Origin: a virus
Length of the DNA stretch: 63,236 bases
IMG/VR virus record: IMGVR_UViG_3300045988_160579
Direction: 5' to 3' (one strand)
Shown here: positions 34,325 through 44,000 of the stretch, one piece after another
How the letters are laid out: every line of letters begins with the position of its first letter
Numbering within the stretch: position 1 is the first letter of the stretch
Notes under the pieces: generated by a model
Told to the model about the DNA's origin: nothing
Database searches by the model: none
What the model saw: only the letters and a program-made list of their open reading frames with translations
Translations under genes and position numbers: made by a program

Positions 34325-36340
34325 TCAATTCAAACCTAATTTTACAACGAACTGTACTAGCCCACTCAAAACAGCACTGGCCTCTTTTGTTTCACTATCT
34401 TTATTATAGTCCATCAGGTTATTCATGAAGGCAACATATTCCGTATCAGATTCTACTTTTGATGCAGAAAAAAGAATACTATTTTTCACATAATCAGATG
34501 TTGCAGCAATACGCTTATCTACATCCGGAAACTCTTTCATTACACGAATCTCCTTGTTTGTACTAGAACGGAGTTCCCGAATAAAAGGGAAATAAGCATC
34601 CGTACATTCAATTACACATGAATCAGATTCATGGGACAAAATAGAAGAACGTATATCTTCTGTTGAAGTAGTATCCATAAATACGACATCAACAACATGC
34701 CATTTATTTCCACATCTAAACGCTTGTATAAGAACAAATTTCCCATTAACATTCGGCATCACATATAGAATCTTCTTAGTGTATTTACATTCGGTATCTG
34801 GATTGAAGAAATTAATAGTGCCATTACAAGCATACAAGTTTCTTTTTCGCCGGTTACTAAACTCTATATACTGCTCACTACACAAATCCACAACGACATA
34901 TCGGAACGTATCAGACAGGTGCCCGTGCTCCTCATAAGTCTGCAAGGTAGTTTTATTCTTGACCTTAGTTTTAAGAATGGCACCGTTAGCATCTTTCTGT
35001 ACGCTCATGTAGTCCTCAATAGATACCGAACATGATTCGTCAATGTATATCTCTATACCGGGAACAGTACAATCAAAAATGGCATTAACAAACTCACCGG
35101 TCATGGCAACACTCGGATTCTTGTTGCCTACCTTATCTTCAATCTCGAATCCTTCTTTCTGCAATGTATCTATGAATAAGTCCATCCAGGAACGCTTCTC
35201 ATCGTCAATGCTGTTTGCCGCTTTCGTTGATGCATCACCATGTACATATAACCTATCAGAATATTGGATAGATTTTAGATACTTTGCAACAAGTTTGGAG
35301 GCTTTCTTTACTGTATTGTTTGGGCTTTCAGCGCACGTTTCATGGAATTGCCAAACCTTGGTACCAGTTGTGAAATCGACCTGCCAATATGATACACTGA
35401 TATACGGAAGCACGTTGTTATCGACAGAGATATGAATAGGTAAGTCCGGAACATACTTATGTTCACCGGAATGTTTGCCACGATTGAAGGAACCGAAGAA
35501 CTCACTACCGGTACGAATGACACCCCATTCTCCCAATGCGTACACATTGTAATAGTCCGGGTCGTGAACTCTATCATACTCAAAATCGGCAACACATTGC
35601 TCATCATAGAAACCATACGTACCGTCAGGACTACCAACAACCCAAAAATTATTCAAATAGGTAGATTGGATAATAACTGTATTAGGGGCCTGTTCCTCGA
35701 TTTGCTTAGTACGAAGATTAAGTATTTGCCTGGGTGCGTTCTTTTTTACGGATTTGACTTTGGTAAGTTCTTCCGGCAACTCTTTGCCGGCAATGGTAAC
35801 AGTCATCGGTACATCATGCCATTTATCTTTATCAATAAACTCTTTCTTTATCCAATGGCTTTCACTGATCGGGTTAAAGGTACAAATAATCTGCTGCCCT
35901 TTCTTACCACGCAAACGTTTACGTAGCTGCTTGAAATCCGGATGCTCGAACTCTGACCATTCCTCTAACTGAACTCGCTTATAGTTAGAGATACCTTTTA
36001 TCTTCTCCGGATCGTCAAGACCGGAGAAATCTATCTTCGCACCATTTACCAGACATTTAATAGTATTCTGTTGGAGTTTGAACAAATGGGATATCCCAAG
36101 ACCGATCGCAGCGACCTTATAATCTTCATAAATGGTTTTGAGAATAGAAGCTCCTACCTTACGCATGACAAGAGTGTTCTCACCATCCTGTAATGTCTGT
36201 ATCAGTATTGTTTGTGCCACACTATACGACTTACCGGAAGATGAACCTCCATAGAGAATGATAAAACGGATAGTCTCATCATTCAAGTACTTCAATAGAT
36301 AGAATCCGTTAGGATTTAGCTTCTTATAATTTATAACCAT
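34325..36340 (-). CDS. terL: terminase large subunit
   Basis: 671 aa. Walker A at IILYGGSSSGKSYSVAQ, with a C-terminal nuclease-size domain. Confidence 0.85.
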   Translation of the reverse strand: MVINYKKLNPNGFYLLKYLNDETIRFIILYGGSSSGKSYSVAQTILIQTLQDGENTLVMRKVGASILKTIYEDYKVAAIGLGISHLFKLQQNTIKCLVNGAKIDFSGLDDPEKIKGISNYKRVQLEEWSEFEHPDFKQLRKRLRGKKGQQIICTFNPISESHWIKKEFIDKDKWHDVPMTVTIAGKELPEELTKVKSVKKNAPRQILNLRTKQIEEQAPNTVIIQSTYLNNFWVVGSPDGTYGFYDEQCVADFEYDRVHDPDYYNVYALGEWGVIRTGSEFFGSFNRGKHSGEHKYVPDLPIHISVDNNVLPYISVSYWQVDFTTGTKVWQFHETCAESPNNTVKKASKLVAKYLKSIQYSDRLYVHGDASTKAANSIDDEKRSWMDLFIDTLQKEGFEIEDKVGNKNPSVAMTGEFVNAIFDCTVPGIEIYIDESCSVSIEDYMSVQKDANGAILKTKVKNKTTLQTYEEHGHLSDTFRYVVVDLCSEQYIEFSNRRKRNLYACNGTINFFNPDTECKYTKKILYVMPNVNGKFVLIQAFRCGNKWHVVDVVFMDTTSTEDIRSSILSHESDSCVIECTDAYFPFIRELRSSTNKEIRVMKEFPDVDKRIAATSDYVKNSILFSASKVESDTEYVAFMNNLMDYNKDSETKEASAVLSGLVQFVVKLGLN

Positions 36341-36401
36341 ATTGTTCTAAAAGTAAGGTTTCTCCGTAAGATGAATACCGGATTTTGTAGTTCAAATTGT
36401 T

Positions 36402-36947
36402 CTATTCTTCCGAATTCTCATTATCTTCAAATCCGATACGAAGTTCACCGACTTTATTTCCGTCTCCACCTTTGATGTTGACATTCTTATCGGCTTCCCA
36501 TCCATTCCAGGCACCAAGAATCCGGGCGGCTTCTGTCTTGCCGTTGAACTCATAATTAACCACTCCTCTATTATTCTGAATCTTCTTCAACGCATTACGG
36601 GCGCGCTTTGGAAGTTGGGACGGACTTCTCATCTTTGTTTTCCCGGTAACAGGGTCTACATAATGTAAATCATCGGGATCAGCGAGTACAATATCCATTA
36701 ATACCTTCTCGACCGTTTTCCTCTCTACTTCAGTCTCTTTCGCCCTCTGTTGCTTAATCTCACTTATCCTTGCACTAACCTTGCTATTGGCTAACAATCT
36801 GCTAGCAGCACTCCAAATCGTTTCAGGTTTCATCTTTGACGCATCATAAGACATCCTATATGCTTCACTAGCATTACCTTCTGTATCAACGTAGTATTTA
36901 CAGAATTTCTCTTGCTTGAATGTTAATGGTTTCTCTTGCTTTCCCAT
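36402..36947 (-). CDS. terS: terminase small subunit
   Basis: 181 aa. LTFKQEKFCKYYVDTEGNASEAYRMSYDASKMKPETIWSAASRLLANSKV matches the Terminase_2/P27-type small subunit pattern. Confidence 0.8.
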   Translation of the reverse strand: MGKQEKPLTFKQEKFCKYYVDTEGNASEAYRMSYDASKMKPETIWSAASRLLANSKVSARISEIKQQRAKETEVERKTVEKVLMDIVLADPDDLHYVDPVTGKTKMRSPSQLPKRARNALKKIQNNRGVVNYEFNGKTEAARILGAWNGWEADKNVNIKGGDGNKVGELRIGFEDNENSEE

Positions 36948-36948
36948 A

Positions 36949-37515
36949 TCAATTGTTATTTATTCCTACGAGAAAAAGAAGCTGCCCTCTATCCTTTAAA
37001 AGCTCATAGGTGGCAAGCAGTGTGCTGCCAGTTGTTAATATGTCATCATACACTATTATTTTCTTTTCCTTTATCGGACGAAGAAGAAAGAATTCTGGAT
37101 TCAATCTATCTTTAGTTAGGCACTGAATTGCATTCTCATAGAATGGTATTTTCACCGCCCCAGCTATTTTCGTGCAGATAGAGGTTGCAAAATGAAAGCC
37201 CTCGTTGTGTCTCCGTCGCGGTGTGGTGACTATACACCATCCTTCATATCCCCCTACTATGAAGCGGTGGAGAAACTCACACGCTCTCTCTGCAAAGAAT
37301 GATGCAAGTTCCTCCGACTGTTTAATTTCTGAAAAGCTGGTACCAGTCTTGGAACGAGTGAACTGGGAGATGTAATAGATATCACCCTTTTTATGAAGTG
37401 ATACCTTTTCTTTCAGATCACATAACCGTTCCTGATGAGACCAGCTCTTACATTTCACCGCTTCCGGCTTATCCCAGTCATCAATACGACATATCTTTCC
37501 CTTTCTTTTCATCAA
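36949..37515 (-). CDS. ComF-like phosphoribosyltransferase-domain protein
   Basis: 188 aa. PRPP-binding motif KKIIVYDDILTTGSTLLATYELLKD. Confidence 0.65.
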   Translation of the reverse strand: MMKRKGKICRIDDWDKPEAVKCKSWSHQERLCDLKEKVSLHKKGDIYYISQFTRSKTGTSFSEIKQSEELASFFAERACEFLHRFIVGGYEGWCIVTTPRRRHNEGFHFATSICTKIAGAVKIPFYENAIQCLTKDRLNPEFFLLRPIKEKKIIVYDDILTTGSTLLATYELLKDRGQLLFLVGINNN

Positions 37516-38272
37516 AAATCTTCTTTACTCCATCCTCGACAGATGTATAAGACAAAGGTACTAAATAGATATCCCGGTTCACCGACTGCTCTAAATTGTC
37601 AAAATCCCGTTTTTCATTAATTAGCTCAATTTCAAGCGGTTTGTAGTATTTTACTAAAGAAGCAAAATACATAGTAGTCACAGGTTGGACGTTACAAATA
37701 TTGATAAGCTGCCGGTTACAGCCCACCGCATAAATAAGCCCTTCGACGACATCATCTATGTAAGTGAAGCACCGGATATTCTGACCACAGTTGTATAATG
37801 ACACGTTTTCCTTTTCCATCAGGAACCAGAGAAGAGTTCTTTTTCGCGGATTAGGTCCATATACATTATGCAGCCGACACCCGGTCGCAGCCTTACAATA
37901 GATAGATGCATACTGTTCATCAAAGTACTTACTTATACCATAGAGACTTGTTGTGTTCTCCGGGTTCGCGGTCGATGAACTGGCATATACTAATTTTACA
38001 TGGTATTGGTTACATGCATCGGCTATGCACATAAAGGTATCAATATTATCTTTCCGGATCTGTTCCAGATTTCCATTGAATACACTTGTTTGTGCTGCCA
38101 GGTGAAATACACAGTCGATATCACCGTACTTTAGAAGTTCACATACTTTTGAAGCTTCAGTACCGTTCTTTCGATCGATACCTATCACTTCAACATTTCT
38201 TTTCGCTAATTCTTGGCAGAGGGCTTTACCTATGAAGCCTTCACTGCCGGTTACAATCATTTTTCTCATCAT
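37481..38272 (-). CDS. NAD-dependent epimerase/dehydratase (short-chain dehydrogenase fold)
   Basis: Track ORF extends to 38335; likely start is MMRKMIVTG. Rossmann motif VTGSEGFIGKAL and catalytic YGISK. Confidence 0.7.
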   Translation of the reverse strand: MMRKMIVTGSEGFIGKALCQELAKRNVEVIGIDRKNGTEASKVCELLKYGDIDCVFHLAAQTSVFNGNLEQIRKDNIDTFMCIADACNQYHVKLVYASSSTANPENTTSLYGISKYFDEQYASIYCKAATGCRLHNVYGPNPRKRTLLWFLMEKENVSLYNCGQNIRCFTYIDDVVEGLIYAVGCNRQLINICNVQPVTTMYFASLVKYYKPLEIELINEKRDFDNLEQSVNRDIYLVPLSYTSVEDGVKKIFDEKKGKDMSY

Positions 38273-38377
38273 CACAAAATATAAAAGGGTGCATCTTTTC
38301 AGATACACCCAAGTCAACAACATAAAAAAGGTCACTGATATAAACCAACAACCTTACTCAATATTAAAATACATCTA

Positions 38378-39337
38378 TTACTTCATAAATATTTTTCTTG
38401 TTCCATGGCACTTAAAACATATCCCGTTTTGCACATGGTTATATTGTGGCAGAAAGCCAATTCCGTTACAACGATCACACGTTTCTAACTCATCATTAAT
38501 TTTACGCATATCAACATCATAAATAGGAACTTCTTGTTTCTCATGTAAATGGCGATGACAATCTTCACAAAGCGTTACAAGATCTTTCCAATAATACCCC
38601 CACGGCAAAGTATTTCCATAATAATAAAACGTATGATGAACATTTAGTTTAGGAAAAAACTTATTCTGCCCATCACACATTAAATCTATAAATATACAAA
38701 ACTCATTGGTTGTAATCTTAACCGATTGATGATTATTTTCGTGATCTATCACTTGAATATACCCACCTTCATCACTACCTGTCTTATTGAAATGATCTAT
38801 TATAAAACCAACACCATAAAAACTATTACTACCATTTTTTTCCTCAAGTGGCTGTTCTCGTACATTATTTTTTCGTTCTATAAAAGTTTTTATTGTCTGA
38901 ATATCAGAATCTTTATGTGCCATTAATTTATAATGTAATGGCTTATGAGAAAAAAGTATTTTATCTTTGGGAATATGATCACAATAAAGTCGAATATCTT
39001 TATAATTAAAAATTTCCACCGCATATTGATAATCTGTTTGACCATCTTTCTGGTTAATCAACGGGCGATAATAATTATTCCATTTGGTAGGCTTAAAGAA
39101 ATATTCTTTACTGATACAATTTTCTTTATCAATAATAATTTCTTGTATTGTTTTTCCATCAAATCTATAATCTGAAAAAAAATCCAGCGCTTCAGTTAGT
39201 GAGGTGATTGGTACAAATAGATGATTCTGAAACCCTTTCTTATGGCATATTTGGCACGTATAGTTATCACGCTTTAGTATCTCACCCTTAAATTTTTTCC
39301 ACTCTTCAGCATTTAGCAACTCTTGGTAGTTATACAT
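38378..39337 (-). CDS. HNH endonuclease with extra zinc-ribbon motifs
   Basis: 319 aa. N-terminal YTCQICHKKG, then NVHHTFYY...LVTLCEDCHRHLHEK, and C-terminal CDRCNGIGF...CFKCHGTRK. Confidence 0.55.
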   Translation of the reverse strand: MYNYQELLNAEEWKKFKGEILKRDNYTCQICHKKGFQNHLFVPITSLTEALDFFSDYRFDGKTIQEIIIDKENCISKEYFFKPTKWNNYYRPLINQKDGQTDYQYAVEIFNYKDIRLYCDHIPKDKILFSHKPLHYKLMAHKDSDIQTIKTFIERKNNVREQPLEEKNGSNSFYGVGFIIDHFNKTGSDEGGYIQVIDHENNHQSVKITTNEFCIFIDLMCDGQNKFFPKLNVHHTFYYYGNTLPWGYYWKDLVTLCEDCHRHLHEKQEVPIYDVDMRKINDELETCDRCNGIGFLPQYNHVQNGICFKCHGTRKIFMK

Positions 39338-39458
39338 AATATCATAAAATAAATTATACCTGCAAATATATATATATTCATATTATGACATAAACTCATG
39401 CTTTTAATTTAGAATTATTTACCACAGTATCGGCACCTGAATTCCCCATATAATTACA

Positions 39459-39944
39459 TCACTTGAATTTCTTTTTTGGAAGAGATAACACATAGACAAG
39501 TGTCTTCCCTGAATTAATATTTTCATATTCCCAAAATGACAATTTCCCTTTAGTCGGTATCGGTTCTGGAAATAATATAGGATTGGCTAACACCCAATTA
39601 TAAATAGGATTTTCATAATGGCCTTTACTATTATCTGTTTTCTCCGCCCATTTAGAAGGATGATTGATAGAGCATCCAATTTTTTCTACACTTCCAATGA
39701 TAGCAGAATTGACAATGCCCTCTGCGCATATTATTTTTCGTTGAAACTCAACAGGCAGACTATCCCATTGAGCCTTTGTAAATACACTATTGGGATTTCT
39801 CATTTATACAGTTTTTCCACTTGCATGGATTAACACTTTATGCCCGATGTATTTCCATGGACACGCCCAAGTACGATTTTCGACATCCTTGATACCGTGG
39901 ACTATCAAAGAGGCCCACGGTTGTTTTATTGTTATTGCTTTCAT
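39459..39944 (-). pseudogene. ASCH-like gene split by an in-frame TAA (46-aa N-fragment plus 114-aa ORF)
   Basis: 39944..39807 encodes MKAITIKQPWASLIVHGIKDVENRTWACPWKYIGHKVLIHASGKTV. TAA (39806-39804) is followed directly by ATG (39803-39801) of ORF 39459..39803, in the same frame. Confidence 0.5.
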
Positions 39945-39945
39945 T

Positions 39946-39976
39946 TTTGTTTTATACAATTAATTTTATACTTTTG
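39946..39976 (+). promoter_or_regulatory. Bacteroides-type promoter of the plus-strand island
   Basis: TTTG (39946-39949), N19, TACTTTTG (39969-39976), 26 nt before ATG 40003. Confidence 0.55.
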
Positions 39977-40002
39977 CTGCCAAATAATTAAACTCTAATA
40001 TT

Positions 40003-40518
40003 ATGACTGATTTAAATGATTTTTTAAGCTATAACGATCCTTGGAATAATGATCCTTTTTATTTGTTTGAAAATGATAGTGAACGAATTGCATTTAAAGA
40101 GTGGTTTCTTAAAGAAGCAAAGAAATACAATTACCATACTCACTATAAATATAGCCAAGAATTATTAGAAAGTATCATTCCTGCGGGTTGTTATGGTAAT
40201 GGACAGTATCTAGCAATTAAAAATAAAAATAAATACGTCGAAGGTTTAGTATCTCCAAATGGAACCTATGTTAATGATGAATATATTCCTCATGGGTTTA
40301 ACCTCGCACAAAAAAGAGTTGTTGATTTTACATATAAAAAAATAGTAAATGAAACTCCTAAATATCTATCAAAACTTCCAACGGAATATTGGGGAATTGA
40401 AATTCCATATGATTATATTTTACAAGAGAGTAAAAAAAACGAAAAGATATCTCCTTACTTTCTACACAAACCTTTGCTACTTCAATATTGGAGAGACCAG
40501 ATTAAATCAAATGAATAA
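40003..40518 (+). CDS. hypothetical protein (171 aa), first gene of the plus-strand island
   Basis: ORF track. Own promoter; opposite strand to the flanking phage genes. Confidence 0.55.
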   Translation: MTDLNDFLSYNDPWNNDPFYLFENDSERIAFKEWFLKEAKKYNYHTHYKYSQELLESIIPAGCYGNGQYLAIKNKNKYVEGLVSPNGTYVNDEYIPHGFNLAQKRVVDFTYKKIVNETPKYLSKLPTEYWGIEIPYDYILQESKKNEKISPYFLHKPLLLQYWRDQIKSNE

Positions 40519-40674
40519 AATTATTCAAGTTTACTCTAAAATTTTATTTCTTTTTCATCAAGATTTGAATTATTATATTTGCAAAATTCTATACTGTTTT
40601 TAATGCAGAATATTTAATTCGCCCCCTCATACTATCCATAGAATTATTTACAATATATTTTAATAACTATAAAT

Positions 40675-41718
40675 ATGAAACATCTTGTAGAACAAATATA
40701 TAATTTTTTTAAACAAAACATTGAATTGGAGAAGAAAGTCACATTATATGATTTCTTAAAAACAATTCCTGGATTTGAGATTCAAACGCCTGACAGTTCT
40801 AGTATGGTTAGTATGAATATGGATATAGCAAACAATATTTCTTCTCTATGCAAGAAGATGGCGTCACAAGATATGCTATTAATACCCATTAAGACCAATC
40901 CAACAATATTTCTAAACGATGAATATCTTTCTATTGGAGAAGTAAATTATACAGACCCTATAGAATTTATACGCGATCTTAAATATGGTACTTATGATTT
41001 TAAATATCAAGGATTCGTATACACACGAAGCTGGTTTAAGCATTCTGTCTTGCCGATAAGTGGAATCAACGCAAAAGGAGATGAAGACATGGGAACTGCC
41101 TATTACATAGGTGACAACATGTTTGTAACTGCGGCTCATTGTATTAATGGACTAGAACGATTTAATCTTTTATTAAATGATACGATTCCAATTAAGCTTC
41201 GTGAAGTATGGTTTGCTGCAGGAGAGGATTCTAACGATTATGATCTAGCAATTATAATGGCGGATGAAACTATTAAAGTACCAGCTTTTATGCTTGATAA
41301 ACCTTCTGTTCTAGATCCTGTACTTACTATAGGATATCCTCTAATACCTGGTATGTTTACTATACAAACGTCAGAAACAGCCTCTGTCGGAGCTTATATC
41401 AGATCTGACCAGAAAGCAGCAGTTGGCCAAGTTGTTACACCTGTAAATAGCTATTTATCCAAACTGGATTTCTTTATTATCAATGCAAGAGTGAAGGGTG
41501 GTAATAGTGGTGGCCCTGTCATCAATGAATCTGGAAAAGTCATAGGAACAGTAGTACAAATTCCGTTTGATAACCAAGGAGGATCAGATGGTGGCCGTTA
41601 TGACATTATGGGATATGGTGTATGTTTACCTTCAGAATATATCAAAATCTTAATAAATAATCGCGACACAAAATCATTGGTTGCCAAAGATGGATATTAT
41701 AGTATAAAGCATGGCTGA
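40675..41718 (+). CDS. trypsin-like (S1 family) serine protease with a ~130-aa unknown N-terminal domain
   Basis: Catalytic triad context: FVTAAHCING (His), DYDLAIIMAD (Asp), KGGNSGGPVINESGKVIG (Ser). Confidence 0.75.
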   Translation: MKHLVEQIYNFFKQNIELEKKVTLYDFLKTIPGFEIQTPDSSSMVSMNMDIANNISSLCKKMASQDMLLIPIKTNPTIFLNDEYLSIGEVNYTDPIEFIRDLKYGTYDFKYQGFVYTRSWFKHSVLPISGINAKGDEDMGTAYYIGDNMFVTAAHCINGLERFNLLLNDTIPIKLREVWFAAGEDSNDYDLAIIMADETIKVPAFMLDKPSVLDPVLTIGYPLIPGMFTIQTSETASVGAYIRSDQKAAVGQVVTPVNSYLSKLDFFIINARVKGGNSGGPVINESGKVIGTVVQIPFDNQGGSDGGRYDIMGYGVCLPSEYIKILINNRDTKSLVAKDGYYSIKHG

Positions 41719-42013
41719 AACAAGAAGAAAGTATATCATAACCCTTATAAATAGAAAATCACCCTCGTCACTTCATATTCCATGGCGAGGGTAACTTCAT
41801 TGAAAGGAGAATTATTTATTCGAAATTTCAGTTTTGATAGGATTCATTCCATCATTAAAGATAATCTCTGAACTTTTTTTCAGCAAGCTTTTCCATTTTC
41901 TCACCATTCATTCTTGCCATTCGTTCTATTTTAAGAAAATATGCTTCATCCACAACATAGGCGTTTGAATCAAATTTATATCTAAACTTTATTTCACTCA
42001 TTTTTTCTTGTAA

Positions 42014-42241
42014 TTAAAAAATAATCTCTGTAAACTCATATGAACTAAGTGCATTTTCCAAACTATCGAAAGAGTCAAATTCTCTTTTAATGCGTCCAAA
42101 CTGATATGAATACACTTCTTCACCTCGTTTACGCTCCATGCTAATAATATATCTGAAACCATCTTCCCGTGTAACTGTAACAGGATAACCTTCTGTTATA
42201 TTATCAATTATCTTTTGTTCGTTTAAAATCACTTTATTCAT
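42014..42241 (-). CDS. hypothetical protein (75 aa)
   Basis: ORF track. First gene after promoter cassette copy 1. Confidence 0.5.
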   Translation of the reverse strand: MNKVILNEQKIIDNITEGYPVTVTREDGFRYIISMERKRGEEVYSYQFGRIKREFDSFDSLENALSSYEFTEIIF

Positions 42242-42351
42242 AGTTCTATTTGTTATTTACATGTTTGACTTTTAATTATTTACTCCTATAAAGGTAATCA
42301 TTATTGACAAGTTTAACAAACAGAAACTTCGCCATTTTAACGCCATTTTCA
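42242..42351 (-). promoter_or_regulatory. repeated promoter/operator cassette, copy 1
   Basis: Minus-strand reading: AAAATGGCG x2 (42349-42341, 42338-42330), TTTG-N20-TACCTTTA, then the AAAAGTCAAAC box (42273-42263), 20 nt before the ATG. Confidence 0.55.
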
Positions 42352-42669
42352 TTCGGTCTTTTTCTTCAGCAATTCAAGTACAATTCTTTCCCCTTCTTTC
42401 ATTCCATCAAGATAGCCTTTTGCATGTTCACCGACATTATACACTATAAAAGAGAGGATCAACAAAAACAGTCCGAGCGAACGATGCCAGTATGGAAGTT
42501 GGACTGTAAACGGCTTGACTGTTATAGAAAAGTGTCCTACATATAGCAGGAACACAAACAAAATCACACATGAAATAATTGTTGTTTTCATATTACTCTG
42601 TAAATAAATTAAGTTGAGTTGTAAACTCGGGTTTATAAATTCTAAATTTACGGTTAAAGAAAGTCTCAA
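42349..42669 (-). CDS. small membrane protein
   Basis: 106 aa with two hydrophobic helices. Confidence 0.4.
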   Translation of the reverse strand: MRLSLTVNLEFINPSLQLNLIYLQSNMKTTIISCVILFVFLLYVGHFSITVKPFTVQLPYWHRSLGLFLLILSFIVYNVGEHAKGYLDGMKEGERIVLELLKKKTE

Positions 42670-43066
42670 AGGCTGTTACAATTTCAGAGATGGTATTATC
42701 CGCAATTCCTAATAATTTATCATCGGCAACTATAAGAGATAAAGCCTTGTCAAGAGTCATTTTCTTCTCAATAAACAGGGAATACACTAAATGTCTACGG
42801 GTATATTCCCCAGCCTTGAGTGACTCAACTTCTTCAGGAGTGGCCTTTCTCTTGTACAATACTTTATACCAATGTGTTTCAGCAGTACGAGCACGCTTTT
42901 GTCTCGGTAACAAGTCATAAAACACGGCAATTTCATTCTTTTGGATACACTTATGTTTTTTACGAACACCATACATCACATAAGGAGTGTTCCAATCAGG
43001 ATGAGTCTTTCGATATTCAAGCTCGAGCTCTCGATCAATAAGATCTTGCTCAAAGTCTTGTTTCAT
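42593..43066 (-). CDS. hypothetical protein (157 aa)
   Basis: ORF track. Confidence 0.5.
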   Translation of the reverse strand: MKQDFEQDLIDRELELEYRKTHPDWNTPYVMYGVRKKHKCIQKNEIAVFYDLLPRQKRARTAETHWYKVLYKRKATPEEVESLKAGEYTRRHLVYSLFIEKKMTLDKALSLIVADDKLLGIADNTISEIVTAFETFFNRKFRIYKPEFTTQLNLFTE

Positions 43067-43149
43067 TAATCATTCCTCGAACCAGGCAGCAAGTGCTTCT
43101 TCTCGATCATAATAATCTTTTCCATTTATACATAAGGGAATCATAATAA

Positions 43150-43863
43150 CTATTTTTGTTGCATTTCACGTTTAAATCTTTCCTCTAAATCAAAAATGGT
43201 TTCTCCACTATTACGCCGATAGGGCCTATCGGTATTTAACTGAAGTTCTTTCAGCTTTTTCCAATACCATGGAAGGTACAAATACATATTCTTCAACTCC
43301 TTCAAGTTCTTATTTCCACAACACCAGCAACTCACACGATCAAGTAGCTCATATAGCCTTACTCCATCCTCATGCCAAACAAAGCCTTTTGTGTAACAAT
43401 ACTGGAGTGCATCTGCTTCAGTAATGCCCCAATCACGAAGTGGTAAAACCCGATTTGGTCGTTTTTCCTTTTCAAAGCGATGGGTCTCATCGGCAGCAAT
43501 ACCGACATAATCAATTCCGTCTTTTGTGTGAGCTTTCAATGTACGAAGTTTTTCACTCGTTCCCCACCGGCATGTTCCCCCACACCAACTATATCCTTTT
43601 TTATGGATAATATTGGTCCCTCTTTTCTTAACCGGCCTTTCAAACATTGTCCAAAGAAAAGGTTGCTCCGGATGCAGTTCTGTATATTTAATGCCAAGTT
43701 TTTTAAGAATTGGAAGAACAGCATCACGAGTGTTATAGATTGCCTGAAATTCCATACCTGTATCATAGAAAACGACTTCATCCAACTGATATCCTTTATC
43801 TATTAGCATGAAAAGCATTGCCAAGGAATCCTTTCCAAAGCTGACTGAAGCATAATATTTCAT
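43150..43863 (-). CDS. PAPS reductase-family / PP-loop ATPase protein
   Basis: 237 aa. N-terminal PP-loop ASVSFGKDSLAML, with Cys-rich SWCGGTCRWGT and VSCWCC motifs. Confidence 0.7.
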   Translation of the reverse strand: MKYYASVSFGKDSLAMLFMLIDKGYQLDEVVFYDTGMEFQAIYNTRDAVLPILKKLGIKYTELHPEQPFLWTMFERPVKKRGTNIIHKKGYSWCGGTCRWGTSEKLRTLKAHTKDGIDYVGIAADETHRFEKEKRPNRVLPLRDWGITEADALQYCYTKGFVWHEDGVRLYELLDRVSCWCCGNKNLKELKNMYLYLPWYWKKLKELQLNTDRPYRRNSGETIFDLEERFKREMQQK

Positions 43864-44000
43864 ACAAAAAATTTAATAGACAAGTCACTTTTTCTTCTTT
43901 GCCCTCTGATTATTAATCTGTGACATACACATACGGCACCAGGAAGTCAACAAATGATATTCCTTACCTTTTCTCACCACTATACGATTGTAGAACCGGT

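Noticed and set aside
35750-35767. ggatttgactttggtaag inside the terL coding sequence, which closely resembles the small-RNA segment ggtttgactttggtgagg (2339-2356).
   Set aside because: It lies in the middle of a conserved coding region with no promoter or terminator context and lacks the GG start of the box. It is most likely a chance match.
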